DNA of 49,111 nucleotides from a virus (Duplodnaviria; Heunggongvirae; Uroviricota; Caudoviricetes): IMG/VR virus record IMGVR_UViG_2529292911_000007; one strand, 5' to 3'. Shown piece by piece: positions 1 to 9,101 of this stretch (position 1 is its first letter; each line of letters starts with the position of its first letter). The notes under the pieces were generated by a model. It saw only the letters and a program-made list of their open reading frames with translations, ran no database searches and was not told where the DNA came from. The position numbers and the translations under genes were made by a program.

Positions 1-1143
1 CTATGCTGTTTTGATATCTACGATAATCCAGTCTTTACCACGATCATCATTGTATCGGTCGGTCATTTTTCTGGATTTATGGCCTAACAATTTTTGCGTA
101 TCCAGACCCTGTTCCCGATATAACCGTTCTGACAGAGATCGCTGCTCATGAAATGTGGGCGCAGTTCCTTGCTCCCATTTTATGCCACATTTTTCCCGGG
201 CCTTTTTAAAAGCCGTTGTCAGAGTATTTGCAGAAACCTGGTCTCCTCTGTTTGCTTGAGAGGTAGTGTGACGGTAATGGACCAGATATTTACTAACAAC
301 AGCATCCCTGCACTGAGATATAACTTCACGAAGGGTAATATTCAGAGCATCGCATTTCAGGTTAAGCGGAATAGCAAGTTTTGAACCGGTTTTTTCCTGA
401 GTAATGTGCAACATGTCGTCCCATATATCAGAGAATTTCAAATTGCAGATATCGCCTAAACGTTGTCCAGTAACAAGAGCAAGTAGCATGCCGCATTTTA
501 AATAGGGCTGCCGTCTGCTTACGCTTTCAAATATTGCCTGCCATTCGGGCAGTGACAATCTTTGGCGGTTTACTCGATTTCGCGGTTGTTTTGTTGCCTG
601 CGCTGGGTTAAATCCTGGCGGAACATGTCCTGCGTGTTGTGCTTCTTTGAAGACGTCGATCAACACCATTCTCACGACTTGCGCCATCCTGTTATGACCT
701 TCAGCCTTTACAGCATCAATTATTTCGGCAATATCAAGTGCGGTAATATCCTTGAGGTGTTGCATTCCACAATGCTCACGGAAAAGACGAATGGGTTTGC
801 CTTTTTGCCGATAGGAGTTGGGTCTTAGTTCATTATGTTGCAGCCTGTCCTCCTGGATAGAAATATATTTATCAAGCCATTCTGTCACCGTAATGTCTGA
901 GCGCCTGCCTTTCATTCTTTCCAGACGCTCATTGACGCTTAATATTTGTCGGGTACGTTGTTCAGCAATAATGGTATTTGCTTCAGTAGCAACTTGTTTT
1001 GCTTCATTCTCATCAGTTCCTAAGCTATGAAAACGACCGGATAGTGGATGTTTGTATTGCCAATATACCTTTCCGGTTCGCTTATCTAATTTGCAATATA
1101 AATTGGGTATAGAGATTTTGTGAGATCGGGGTCTAGCAGCCAT
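1..1143 (-). CDS. int: Tyrosine integrase, lambda Int family
   Basis: 380-aa ORF; C-terminus (PTFHEQRSLSERLY...LLGHKSRKMTDRYNDDRGKDW) aligns to the lambda Int catalytic region from memory; lies at the prophage left end next to xis. Confidence 0.9.
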   Translation of the reverse strand: MAARPRSHKISIPNLYCKLDKRTGKVYWQYKHPLSGRFHSLGTDENEAKQVATEANTIIAEQRTRQILSVNERLERMKGRRSDITVTEWLDKYISIQEDRLQHNELRPNSYRQKGKPIRLFREHCGMQHLKDITALDIAEIIDAVKAEGHNRMAQVVRMVLIDVFKEAQHAGHVPPGFNPAQATKQPRNRVNRQRLSLPEWQAIFESVSRRQPYLKCGMLLALVTGQRLGDICNLKFSDIWDDMLHITQEKTGSKLAIPLNLKCDALNITLREVISQCRDAVVSKYLVHYRHTTSQANRGDQVSANTLTTAFKKAREKCGIKWEQGTAPTFHEQRSLSERLYREQGLDTQKLLGHKSRKMTDRYNDDRGKDWIIVDIKTA

Positions 1144-1369
1144 CAGCGATTATCCGTTGGAGTTTTGGGTTTGCGTTTATTGGGAGTTGCGGTTCTGCAA
1201 GCGTTCCTACAAAACGGGAATTTCGGTCAATCATCCAGTAGCGACCAACTTTTATAGCGGGTGGGGCCATCATTTTCCCTTGCGCGTATTTTTTCAGAAC
1301 TCGCTCACTTGGTGCTAAGTCCCCAAATTCTTCTTTAGCCCAGTCCTGTAAAGTGATTAGTCGAGACAT
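1133..1369 (-). CDS. xis: Excisionase-like protein
   Basis: 78-aa ORF overlapping the int start, the usual xis position; the assignment is positional plus small basic protein. Confidence 0.5.
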   Translation of the reverse strand: MSRLITLQDWAKEEFGDLAPSERVLKKYAQGKMMAPPAIKVGRYWMIDRNSRFVGTLAEPQLPINANPKLQRIIADGC

Positions 1370-1508
1370 TTGTCCTCCTCTTAGCTGCTGAGGGAGTTTG
1401 TGACCGATATATCTGACATGATATTAAGCTCATGGCAGGTACATCTCTTGACTGGTCATAGAGATAAATTTAATGCTGAGAAATGCAGTATTGAATTTAT
1501 CAATTTTT

Positions 1509-1748
1509 CTATTTTCTGCGTATGGCACGTAACTTCTTAATGTGTTCTGCCGTTTCGATCTCTTCTGCTATCCGATCTGCATCAGCTTTATTCACAGGTT
1601 CAAAGTCATGATTAAAGCGGAACATGCTGGCGATACATGTTCTGCCTTTTCGGATGTAGTGAACTTTGTTGTGGGTAGAACGCAGGATTTTGCAGGGAGT
1701 GCCGTGGTGGTCGACGTACCAGGTGTTAGGAAAAATGATTCTGAACAT
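1509..1748 (-). CDS. Hypothetical small prophage protein
   Basis: 79-aa ORF in the leftward early operon; no domain recognised. Confidence 0.35.
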   Translation of the reverse strand: MFRIIFPNTWYVDHHGTPCKILRSTHNKVHYIRKGRTCIASMFRFNHDFEPVNKADADRIAEEIETAEHIKKLRAIRRK

Positions 1749-1795
1749 TTTTACACCTCAGTTGGACGATGTTGAAATTTGCTGCTTTGAGGCCA

Positions 1796-2014
1796 TCACA
1801 ATCCCCATTGTTTGTTCTTAAGTTCGATCTCCTCCTGGCAACTTGCACAAGTCCGACAACCCTGAACGACCAGGCGTCTTCGCTCATCTATCGGATCGCC
1901 ACACTCACAACAATGAGTGGCAGATACAGTCTGGTAGTTCAGACGACGCATTTTTATTGCTGTATTGCGCTGTAATTCTTCGATTTCTGATGCTGAATCA
2001 ATGATGTCTGCCAT
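1796..2014 (-). CDS. TraR/DksA-type C4 zinc-finger protein
   Basis: 72 aa with a CxxC...CxxC motif (CCECGDPIDERRRLVVQGCRTCASC), typical of phage TraR-family proteins. Confidence 0.6.
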   Translation of the reverse strand: MADIIDSASEIEELQRNTAIKMRRLNYQTVSATHCCECGDPIDERRRLVVQGCRTCASCQEEIELKNKQWGL

Positions 2015-2112
2015 CTTCCATTAATCCCTGAATTGTTGGTTAATACGCTTGAGGGTGAATGCGAATAATAAAAAAGGAGCCTGTAGCTCCCTGATGATTT
2101 TGCTTTTCATGT

Positions 2113-2394
2113 TCACCGTTCCTTAAAGACGCCGTTTAACATGCCGATTGCCAGACTTAAGTGAGTCGGTGTGAATCCCATCAGCGTTACCGTTTCGCGG
2201 TGCTTCTTCAGTACGCTACGGCAAATGTCATCGACGTTTTTATCCGGAAACTGCTGTCTGGCTTTTTTGATTTCAGAATTAGCCTGACGGGCAATACTGC
2301 GAAGGGCGTTTTCTTGCTGAGGTGTCATTGAACAAGTCCCATGTCGGCAAGCATAAGCACACAGAATATGAAGCCCGCTGCCAGAAAAATGCAT
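2113..2394 (-). CDS. Hypothetical protein (start uncertain; internal ATG at 2328)
   Basis: 93-aa ORF directly downstream of the methyltransferase gene; no recognised domain. Confidence 0.3.
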   Translation of the reverse strand: MHFSGSGLHILCAYACRHGTCSMTPQQENALRSIARQANSEIKKARQQFPDKNVDDICRSVLKKHRETVTLMGFTPTHLSLAIGMLNGVFKER

Positions 2395-2404
2395 TCAGTG
2401 GTTG

Positions 2405-2962
2405 TCATGCAGCCTCCCGACGGGCAAGAATCCTTGAGCCGAACGCCATCAACTCTCCACGATCAACGGTCGTAAAGTGGCAGTGTGTACGGGGGTATGG
2501 GTGCCAGATAATGAGCATCGAGCCTTTATTATTTCCACTGACGGGTTTCTCAGTGAGTGGGTTAATAAATGCCAGTCGTCCTGCCGTGATGAATCTGACC
2601 TCACTGGCGGTTTGTATCGCTTCATGAAACCATCCGACAGATGTGTCAGCAGGCAATAACATTACACATCCCACACTACTGAATTTGTTTTCAGTGGCTG
2701 CCTTTTTCACAAAAGGGGAAATATTGCTGTATGGTGGATTCAACCAGACATAACCAGAGGCATATCCCATTGCTTCAGGCCATGAAGTGGTTAATGTGTT
2801 CTGCTCCTGTGAGATAAAAAGCCGACATAGTCGGTTTTTTTCGCTGGCGGCAGCATCAAGTTGAAAAACGAACTCTGCATTAAGCGCAGCAAAAATCTCT
2901 GGTGGTGTGCGCCAGCTGTCGCGATGTTCGGCAGGAGTATTGCTTCCGGTGAAATCAGTCAT
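2405..2962 (-). CDS. Phage N6-adenine DNA methyltransferase (Dam-like)
   Basis: 185 aa carrying the NPPY catalytic motif (YVWLNPPYSN), characteristic of N6-adenine methyltransferases; phage Dam-family size. Confidence 0.7.
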   Translation of the reverse strand: MTDFTGSNTPAEHRDSWRTPPEIFAALNAEFVFQLDAAASEKNRLCRLFISQEQNTLTTSWPEAMGYASGYVWLNPPYSNISPFVKKAATENKFSSVGCVMLLPADTSVGWFHEAIQTASEVRFITAGRLAFINPLTEKPVSGNNKGSMLIIWHPYPRTHCHFTTVDRGELMAFGSRILARREAA

Positions 2963-3112
2963 ACAGCCCCCGTTTATTATTTATCTCCTCAGCCAGCCGC
3001 TGTGCTTTCAGGGGATTTCGGATAACAGAAAGGCCGGGAAATATCCAGCCTCGCTTTGTAACGGAGTAGACGAAAGTGATCGTGCCTACCCGGATATTAT
3101 CGTGAGGATGCT

Positions 3113-3793
3113 TCATCGCCATTGCTCCCCAAATACAAAACCAATTTCAGCCAGTGCCTCGTCCATTTTTTCGATGAACTCCGGCACCATCTCGTCAAAA
3201 CTCGCCATGTACTTTTCATCCCGCTCAACCACGACATAATGCAGGCCTTCACGCTTCATAAGCGGGTCATAGTTGGCAAAGTACCAGGCATCTTTTCGCG
3301 TCACCCACATGCTGTACTGCACCTGGGCCATGTAAGCCGACTTTATGGCCTCGAAACCACCGAGCCGGAACTTCATGAAATCCCGGGAGGTAAACGGGCA
3401 TTTCAGCTCAAGGCCATTGCCGTCACTGCATAAACCATCGGGAGAGCAGGCGGTGCGCATACTTTCGTCGCGATAGATGATCGGGGATTCAATAACATTT
3501 ACGCCGGAAGTGAACTCAAACAGGGTTCTGGCGTCGTTCTCGTACTGTTTTCCCCAGGCCAGCGCTTTAGCGTTAACTTCCAGAGCCACACCGGTGCAAA
3601 CCTCAGCCAGCAGGGTGTGGAAGTAGGACATTTTCATGTCAGGCCACTTCTTTCCTGATCGGGGCTTTGCTATCACGTTGTGAACTTCTGAAGCGGTGAT
3701 GACGCCGAGCCGTAATTTGTGCCATGCATCATCCCCCTGTTCGACAGCTCTCACGTCGATCCCGGTACGCTGCAGGATAATGTCCGGTGTCAT
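3113..3793 (-). CDS. exo: Lambda exonuclease (Red alpha)
   Basis: 226-aa translation matches lambda Exo nearly residue-for-residue from memory ([65 protein letters not shown]...). Confidence 0.95.
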   Translation of the reverse strand: MTPDIILQRTGIDVRAVEQGDDAWHKLRLGVITASEVHNVIAKPRSGKKWPDMKMSYFHTLLAEVCTGVALEVNAKALAWGKQYENDARTLFEFTSGVNVIESPIIYRDESMRTACSPDGLCSDGNGLELKCPFTSRDFMKFRLGGFEAIKSAYMAQVQYSMWVTRKDAWYFANYDPLMKREGLHYVVVERDEKYMASFDEMVPEFIEKMDEALAEIGFVFGEQWR

Positions 3794-4575
3794 GCTGCCA
3801 CCTTCTGCTCAGTGGCTTTCTGTTTCAGGAATCCAAGAGCTTTCACTGCTTCGGCCTGTGTCAGTTCTGACGATGCGCGAATGTCGCGGCGAAATATCTG
3901 GGAACAGAGCGGCAATAAGTCGTCATCCCATGTTTTATCCAGGGCGATCAGCAGAGTGTTAATCTCCTGCATGGTTTCATCGTTAACCGGAGTGATGTCG
4001 CGTTCTGGCTGACGTTCTGCAGTGTATGCAGTATTTTCGACAATGCGCTCGGCTTCATCCTTGTCATAGATACCAGCAAATCCGAAGGCCAGACGGGCAC
4101 ACTGAATCATGGCTTTATGCCGTAACATCCGTTTGGGATGCGACTGCCACGGCCCCGTGATTTCTCTGCCTTCGCGGGTTTTGAATGGTTCGCGGCGGCA
4201 TTCATCCATCCATTCGGTAACGCAGATCGGATGATTACGGTCCTTGCGGTAAATCCGGCATGTACAGGATTCATTGTCCTGCTCAAAGTCCATGCCATCA
4301 AACTGCTGGTTTTCATTGATGATGCGGGACCAGCCATCAACGCCCACCACCGGAACAATGCCGTTCTGCTTATCAGGGAAGGCGTAAATTTCTTTCGTCC
4401 ACGGATTAAGGCCGTACTGGTTGGCGACGATCAACAATGCGATGAACTGCGCATCGCTGGCATCACCTTTAAATGCCGTCTGGCGAAGAGTGGTGATCAG
4501 TTCCTGTGGGTCGACAGAATCCATGCCGACACGTTCAGCCAGCTTCCCTGCCAGCGTTGCGAGTGCTGTACTCAT
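3790..4575 (-). CDS. bet: Bet single-strand annealing protein (Red beta)
   Basis: 261 aa; matches lambda Bet from memory ([66 protein letters not shown]...). Confidence 0.95.
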   Translation of the reverse strand: MSTALATLAGKLAERVGMDSVDPQELITTLRQTAFKGDASDAQFIALLIVANQYGLNPWTKEIYAFPDKQNGIVPVVGVDGWSRIINENQQFDGMDFEQDNESCTCRIYRKDRNHPICVTEWMDECRREPFKTREGREITGPWQSHPKRMLRHKAMIQCARLAFGFAGIYDKDEAERIVENTAYTAERQPERDITPVNDETMQEINTLLIALDKTWDDDLLPLCSQIFRRDIRASSELTQAEAVKALGFLKQKATEQKVAA

Positions 4576-4580
4576 CCGTT

Positions 4581-4877
4581 TTATACCTCTGAATCAATAT
4601 CAAACTGGTGGTGAGCAATGGTTTCAACCATGTACCGGATGTGTTCTGCCATGCGCTCCTGAAACTCAACATCGTCATCAAACGCACGGGTAATGGCTTT
4701 TTTGCTGGCCCCGCAGCGTTGCAAATGATCGATACAGAGTGATTCAAACAGGTGCTGTGGAAGACCTTTTTCCATGTCGTCTGCCAGTTCTGCCTCTTTC
4801 TCTTCACGGGCGATCTGCTGGTAGTGACGTGCCCAGCTCTGAGCCTCAAGACGATCCTGAATGTAATAAGCGTTCAT
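4581..4877 (-). CDS. gam: Gam, RecBCD inhibitor (short GamS-length form)
   Basis: 98 aa [21 protein letters not shown]...; matches the lambda Gam short form from memory. Confidence 0.9.
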   Translation of the reverse strand: MNAYYIQDRLEAQSWARHYQQIAREEKEAELADDMEKGLPQHLFESLCIDHLQRCGASKKAITRAFDDDVEFQERMAEHIRYMVETIAHHQFDIDSEV

Positions 4878-4953
4878 GGCTGAACTCCTGAAAATGGCTG
4901 TGAAAATATCGCCCGCGAAATGCCAGGCTGATTAGGAAAACAGGAAAGAGGGG

Positions 4954-5244
4954 TTAGTGATTCAGGCCGTTACCGCGTCCGTCGAGAAAAACTTCTACGA
5001 GCAAATCACGGGTATAAGTGCGCTCGATGCCGCGATGCAGATAAAGCCGTCCGCGTAAATTAGCTGATGCAGTCCAGGTACCATCTTTGTGTTTGACCAG
5101 CATTCCTGGCATGACCGCACCGCGATTAACGGTCTGCGTTCCGTAATGTTGATGAACCATAAAAACTCCTGCCCGTAAGCTGGGCTGCTGAACATATAAA
5201 GACTTCTGCGCGTATTCAGGCGGTGGATGGCCGCCGGTTGTCAT
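4954..5244 (-). CDS. Hypothetical protein, first gene of the leftward early operon (N/kil position)
   Basis: ATG at 5244 has a GAGG RBS about 10 nt upstream; the longer ORF to 5364 would need a TTG start and would add an arginine-rich N-terminus. Not recognisably lambda N, kil or cIII. Confidence 0.3.
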   Translation of the reverse strand: MTTGGHPPPEYAQKSLYVQQPSLRAGVFMVHQHYGTQTVNRGAVMPGMLVKHKDGTWTASANLRGRLYLHRGIERTYTRDLLVEVFLDGRGNGLNH

Positions 5245-5599
5245 AACTAAGCCGCCTCGTTGAAGCGACTGAGGTATGAAGTGTTGAGTTGATTTCAGCT
5301 GGTCACACCGACGTTCACGCGTCCGCTTCACCCCTCGCACTCCCCGGAGCCTGCTGAAATTCAAGCTGCGGATCTAAGCGGTCATCGCAACGGTGAATCA
5401 GGTGATTGCCGTATCGTTGTGTTGTTGCGACATGGTGATAATAGCTATTGCTATTGATGATATCAATACTTATTGCTATTGCTAGATGTGTTTTGATATT
5501 AAATATTTGATAGCAAAAAGAATTAATTTTGTGACTTGCATCGCATAGCGATAACTGAAGCGGGGTTGTGGTGGTTTTTTGAACGGTGTGTGTGATGAG

Positions 5600-5645
5600 G
5601 GGAGGCAAAAGAAAACCCGGCACGGTGGCCGGGACGTTTTATTTC
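5600..5645. terminator. Bidirectional rho-independent terminator downstream of the DUF4411/ImmA module
   Basis: Perfect stem CCCGGC-acggtg-GCCGGG (5616-5633) with T-rich runs on both strands (TTTTATTT on plus, TTTTCTTTTG on minus). Confidence 0.5.
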
Positions 5646-6150
5646 AAAGAAAAATTATGACTAGCGTATCTTGGAAGAAATTCATATAGTGTTAATGTCT
5701 TAACGCCGTGAGAAGCAGCAGCATCCGGGATCATTATTCTTTTTTTAGGTTTGCCACCGGATGGTTTCTCATGGGTAATAATAGTATATCCATGTGTCAT
5801 CGCATGGGCTATTAAAAAAGCATCTGCTTTTTCATGGCTTGCAAAATCAAACTTTGCCTTTTCGGTAACATCTAATTTAGTTGACCAATTTATTAACTTT
5901 GCATAATTTTCTATTGAACTATGCTCATCTTCGAAGAATGATGATGGTAACTCTTCTTTAATCCATTTACACAATGGATCATCTTTTGCACATAGTTCTT
6001 TTTTACAGCATTAATGCTATAAATCAGACCATTAATGTGTAAAGCGAGAAGAAAATCCCAAAATATTTTGCAATAATTGAAGTTATATGCAAAGTTTTTT
6101 GCCTCTATGAAGACATTACTATCAATTAAGAATTTTCCATTATGAATCAT
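5639..6150 (-). pseudogene. DUF4411-family PIN-like protein, frameshifted at an A6 homopolymer
   Basis: Two overlapping ORFs (5911-6150 and 5639-5974) together give a DUF4411-like protein: N-terminal KFLIDSNVFIEAKN and C-terminal ADAFLIAHAMTHGYTIITHE motifs. Adding one A to the A6 run (plus-strand T-run 5999-6004) joins the frames into about 170 aa. Confidence 0.6.
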
Positions 6151-7286
6151 AGAGATTCTCGTTTTTTATAAAATTCAACAACTGTATCTGCTTTTACATT
6201 TAGCAGTACGCCTGCTTCCCTTAATGGTAATTGTTGAGACATTGCTTTGGAAATTATTATATTCGTAAGTTTTGGACTGTTACGAACAGGTAATGTGTTA
6301 AAGAAAGAACCACCATTGGATTCTTTTTTGGGCTTATTGTAAGCTTGATCTTTAATTATCTCCAAAGTGTTTCTTTCTATCAAATCTAATTGTAACGCTT
6401 TGATTGCACAAGCGAAATCACTAACCTTAAATAACTTAGAAACCTCTTTTACTCGATAATAATTATTATCGCTGGATGCATTAAGCCAGAAAGATTTGAA
6501 GAGATTATCAGGCATTAAGATTTCAGCAGCAACTTTATTACAAAAAGATTCTATGTTTTTTTCTGTGTCCCACCCAGAGACTCCATCGACTCCAAGCCAA
6601 AGATGAGCCACCTCATGAAATAATGTAAATACCTGCGCAGATAACGCGTCCGAGCTATTTACAAAAATGATCGGAGCAACGCTATCAGATATACAGAAAC
6701 CACGAAACTCTCGCGTGTCAAGTTTTCTTTTATTATTATTACCCACAACACCATTCTTGAAAACTAATACGCCAGTGTCTTCTATTAGTTTTGCCACTTT
6801 AGAAAAATAGCTCTCAAAAGTGACATTTTTTATCTCTTTTTGTATATCAAAATGTATTGTGTTTGCTATGTCTGTAGCAACAACCTTATAATTTAATTTT
6901 CTATTAAATTTAAATTTACCAATAAAATCGAGTGGATCATCATTACCATTTTCTCTTAAATAGTCTTTGTACCACTCAAGTTTATATTCTATATCATAGT
7001 AAACATCAAAAAAATCTTTTCCTAACTCACGGCTATTTATAGCTTGCCTTAAGTCAGGGATCTTGGGTTTGGCTGGAGTTGGTGGCGTTTCAAGAAATAA
7101 AAAACCGAAAGGGATTCCTCCAATTTTTGCCAGTTTTTCTGCTGCGGATTTACTTACCACTCCGTTAAGAAATTTATTAATCTTTTTGGGCATGACTTGG
7201 TCAGCAAGAGTTTCGATAGAAACTCCTTGAGAATTTGCTATCCAATCAATCATCTTCCTAGACAATTGAAATTCAACCGCTGCCAT
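6147..7286 (-). CDS. ImmA/IrrE-family zinc metallopeptidase with N-terminal HTH-like region
   Basis: 379 aa with HExxH (LFHEVAHLW) in an ImmA/IrrE (COG2856-like) context; AGGTGA RBS before the ATG; stop overlaps the DUF4411 start (operon); visibly AT-rich. Confidence 0.7.
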   Translation of the reverse strand: MAAVEFQLSRKMIDWIANSQGVSIETLADQVMPKKINKFLNGVVSKSAAEKLAKIGGIPFGFLFLETPPTPAKPKIPDLRQAINSRELGKDFFDVYYDIEYKLEWYKDYLRENGNDDPLDFIGKFKFNRKLNYKVVATDIANTIHFDIQKEIKNVTFESYFSKVAKLIEDTGVLVFKNGVVGNNNKRKLDTREFRGFCISDSVAPIIFVNSSDALSAQVFTLFHEVAHLWLGVDGVSGWDTEKNIESFCNKVAAEILMPDNLFKSFWLNASSDNNYYRVKEVSKLFKVSDFACAIKALQLDLIERNTLEIIKDQAYNKPKKESNGGSFFNTLPVRNSPKLTNIIISKAMSQQLPLREAGVLLNVKADTVVEFYKKRESL

Positions 7287-7317
7287 GTTATCACCTAGTT
7301 AAAAAACCTATTATTCA

Positions 7318-7330
7318 ACAATTATTGTTG
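7318..7330. promoter_or_regulatory. 13-bp perfect palindrome AACAATTATTGTT upstream of the ImmA-like gene (putative operator)
   Basis: Seen directly; lies between the cI stop and the ImmA-like start, near a TTGACG -35-like hexamer (7347-7352, minus strand). Confidence 0.3.
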
Positions 7331-7414
7331 TGCACCTGATAGCTAACGTCAAGCCTAATTTATTGCCTTACTACAGTAAGCTGAAAAGCGAAGTGCATAA
7401 TTTTGTTCTGATTT

Positions 7415-8107
7415 CTACCCATGCTTTCTATATGTCTGCGGCATGCTCCCGATGACTTTCCCGAAGATGAACACGCGGTTCATCTCGTCTTTCTCGATCG
7501 GGTCCCACGGTGAGTAGCTCTTGTTATCAGAGATAACCAGCAGCTTATCCTTCATCATTTGCAGGCGTTTTACATGGGCGGTGTCGTCATACAGAAACGC
7601 ATAGATACCATCACCGTCGAAAGATTTAACCGTGATATCAACGAACAGCAGATCACCTGGTTCGATCGTTCCTGACATGCTGTCACCACGCACGTTAATG
7701 ATGCGGATATTTTCCGCCTTCCTGCCATCGAACATGTGACGAGCATCGTCAAACGAGTATTCAACCGAGCGTAGAACTTCTACAAACTCACGGTTGATTA
7801 CACCCGGCCCGGCACTGACTTCTATATCAAGAACGTCAATTTTGAAGTATTTGGAATGGCTGACAGCAGGCTTCCCTGATTGTTGACCGTCATTTCTCAT
7901 CGGGCCTATGCCTGAAGAGAGCCATTCTGTTCGAACACCCAATGCATTAGCTATTTCAACAATTTTTGTTGAGCCGCGCGCGTTGCCGCTTGTCAGTCTC
8001 CAGATTGTGGGTTGAGCTACGCCAGACGCCTTTGCAAGAGCGCCTTGAGACATTCCAGATTGTTCCATCGCTAGATTTAAGCGATCAGCAAGAGTTTCTT
8101 TTTTCAT
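7415..8107 (-). CDS. cI: CI-like phage repressor (HTH plus S24 LexA-type peptidase domain)
   Basis: N-terminal HTH (SQGALAKASGVAQPTIWRL) and C-terminal S24 motifs (VRGDSM...AHVKRL); divergent from cro across an operator region. Start taken at ATG 8107; the ORF track extends to a TTG at 8143. Confidence 0.85.
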   Translation of the reverse strand: MKKETLADRLNLAMEQSGMSQGALAKASGVAQPTIWRLTSGNARGSTKIVEIANALGVRTEWLSSGIGPMRNDGQQSGKPAVSHSKYFKIDVLDIEVSAGPGVINREFVEVLRSVEYSFDDARHMFDGRKAENIRIINVRGDSMSGTIEPGDLLFVDITVKSFDGDGIYAFLYDDTAHVKRLQMMKDKLLVISDNKSYSPWDPIEKDEMNRVFIFGKVIGSMPQTYRKHG

Positions 8108-8217
8108 AAGTTTTAATTTATACGCTTGCGTATTGATGGTCAAAACACGTTTTGCTATTGCTTGGATTAATACTCATTGCTATTATTCATTCATTGCAAT
8201 ACCAATAGGAATTGATA
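8108..8217. promoter_or_regulatory. Putative OR/PRM/PR region between cI and cro
   Basis: Divergent gene arrangement; contains inverted repeat TACGCttGCGTA (8121-8132) and TTGCTATTGC-like repeats that recur at 5440-5500 (putative OL). Confidence 0.4.
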
Positions 8218-8445
8218 ATGACAAATCAAACCATTCAACTCGCAATCAGTATTACAGGTAGTCAAAAACGACTGGCAGATCTATGCGGTGTAGCCCAACC
8301 CACAGTTTGGCGTTGGCTACACGGTGGCGGAATTGATGCCCGCTATGTAATGAAAATTGTCTCAGCCACTGGTGGAAAGATTAAACCAGCAGATATTCGT
8401 CCCGACCTCGCACCATTGTTTAACGCGAGTAATTCTGCCGCCTAA
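8218..8445 (+). CDS. cro: Cro-like HTH regulator
   Basis: 75 aa from ATG 8218 (AGGA RBS); HTH motif QKRLADLCGVAQPTVWRW; positioned divergent to cI. Confidence 0.6.
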   Translation: MTNQTIQLAISITGSQKRLADLCGVAQPTVWRWLHGGGIDARYVMKIVSATGGKIKPADIRPDLAPLFNASNSAA

Positions 8446-8469
8446 ACTGCGGCGTTAACTGATAAGGCA

Positions 8470-9015
8470 ATGACTATGCAACCACTTACATACCAACAGA
8501 CTAGCGGATTTAGCCCGACTGCGGTGATAAATCGTTCTCAAACAAAACAAGCTCCAGGCCACGAAAAAATCCGTGATGCCGTCCGCGCCTGGTCGGCTGT
8601 AGATAATCAGGATGTCGTTGCCGCACTCATTGTGAATGAGTATCGGGAGCAGGGCGGCGGCACCATCGATTTCCCTGATGATGTCAGCCGTGCACGCCAG
8701 AAGCTGTTCCGCTTCCTCGATAACAAATTCGATTCTGAAAAATACCGAAATAACGTGCGTGAATTGACCCCGGCAATTCTGGCGGTACTACCGCTGGAAT
8801 ATCGCGGCCACCTGGTTGAGCAGGATAGCTTCATGGCTCGGCTGGCTGAAATGGAAAAGGAACTCAGTGAGGCAAAACAGGCTGTCATTCTCAACGCACC
8901 ACGCCACCAGAAACTGAAGGAGATGAGTGAAGGCATTGTGTCGATGTTTCGTGTGGACCCGGATTTGGCTGGTCCACTGATGGCGATGGTCACCACCATG
9001 CTGGGGGCAATATGA
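8470..9015 (+). CDS. CII-like or YdaT-like early regulatory protein (putative)
   Basis: 181 aa in the cII position between cro and O; family assignment is positional and tentative. Confidence 0.35.
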   Translation: MTMQPLTYQQTSGFSPTAVINRSQTKQAPGHEKIRDAVRAWSAVDNQDVVAALIVNEYREQGGGTIDFPDDVSRARQKLFRFLDNKFDSEKYRNNVRELTPAILAVLPLEYRGHLVEQDSFMARLAEMEKELSEAKQAVILNAPRHQKLKEMSEGIVSMFRVDPDLAGPLMAMVTTMLGAI

Positions 9016-9101
9016 CAGGTTCGGAAATGGCGAAAGCCGGTCTGCGCGAACAGAACCGACTTTCAGGTGCAAATCGTAACACACTCATTGCGGGAGGAAT
9101 T

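Noticed and set aside
5364-5640. Possible CRISPR-like or tandem repeats in the AT-rich spacer (ATTGCTATTG repeats)
   Set aside because: Only two or three short imperfect repeats without spacers of regular length; better explained as operator sites.
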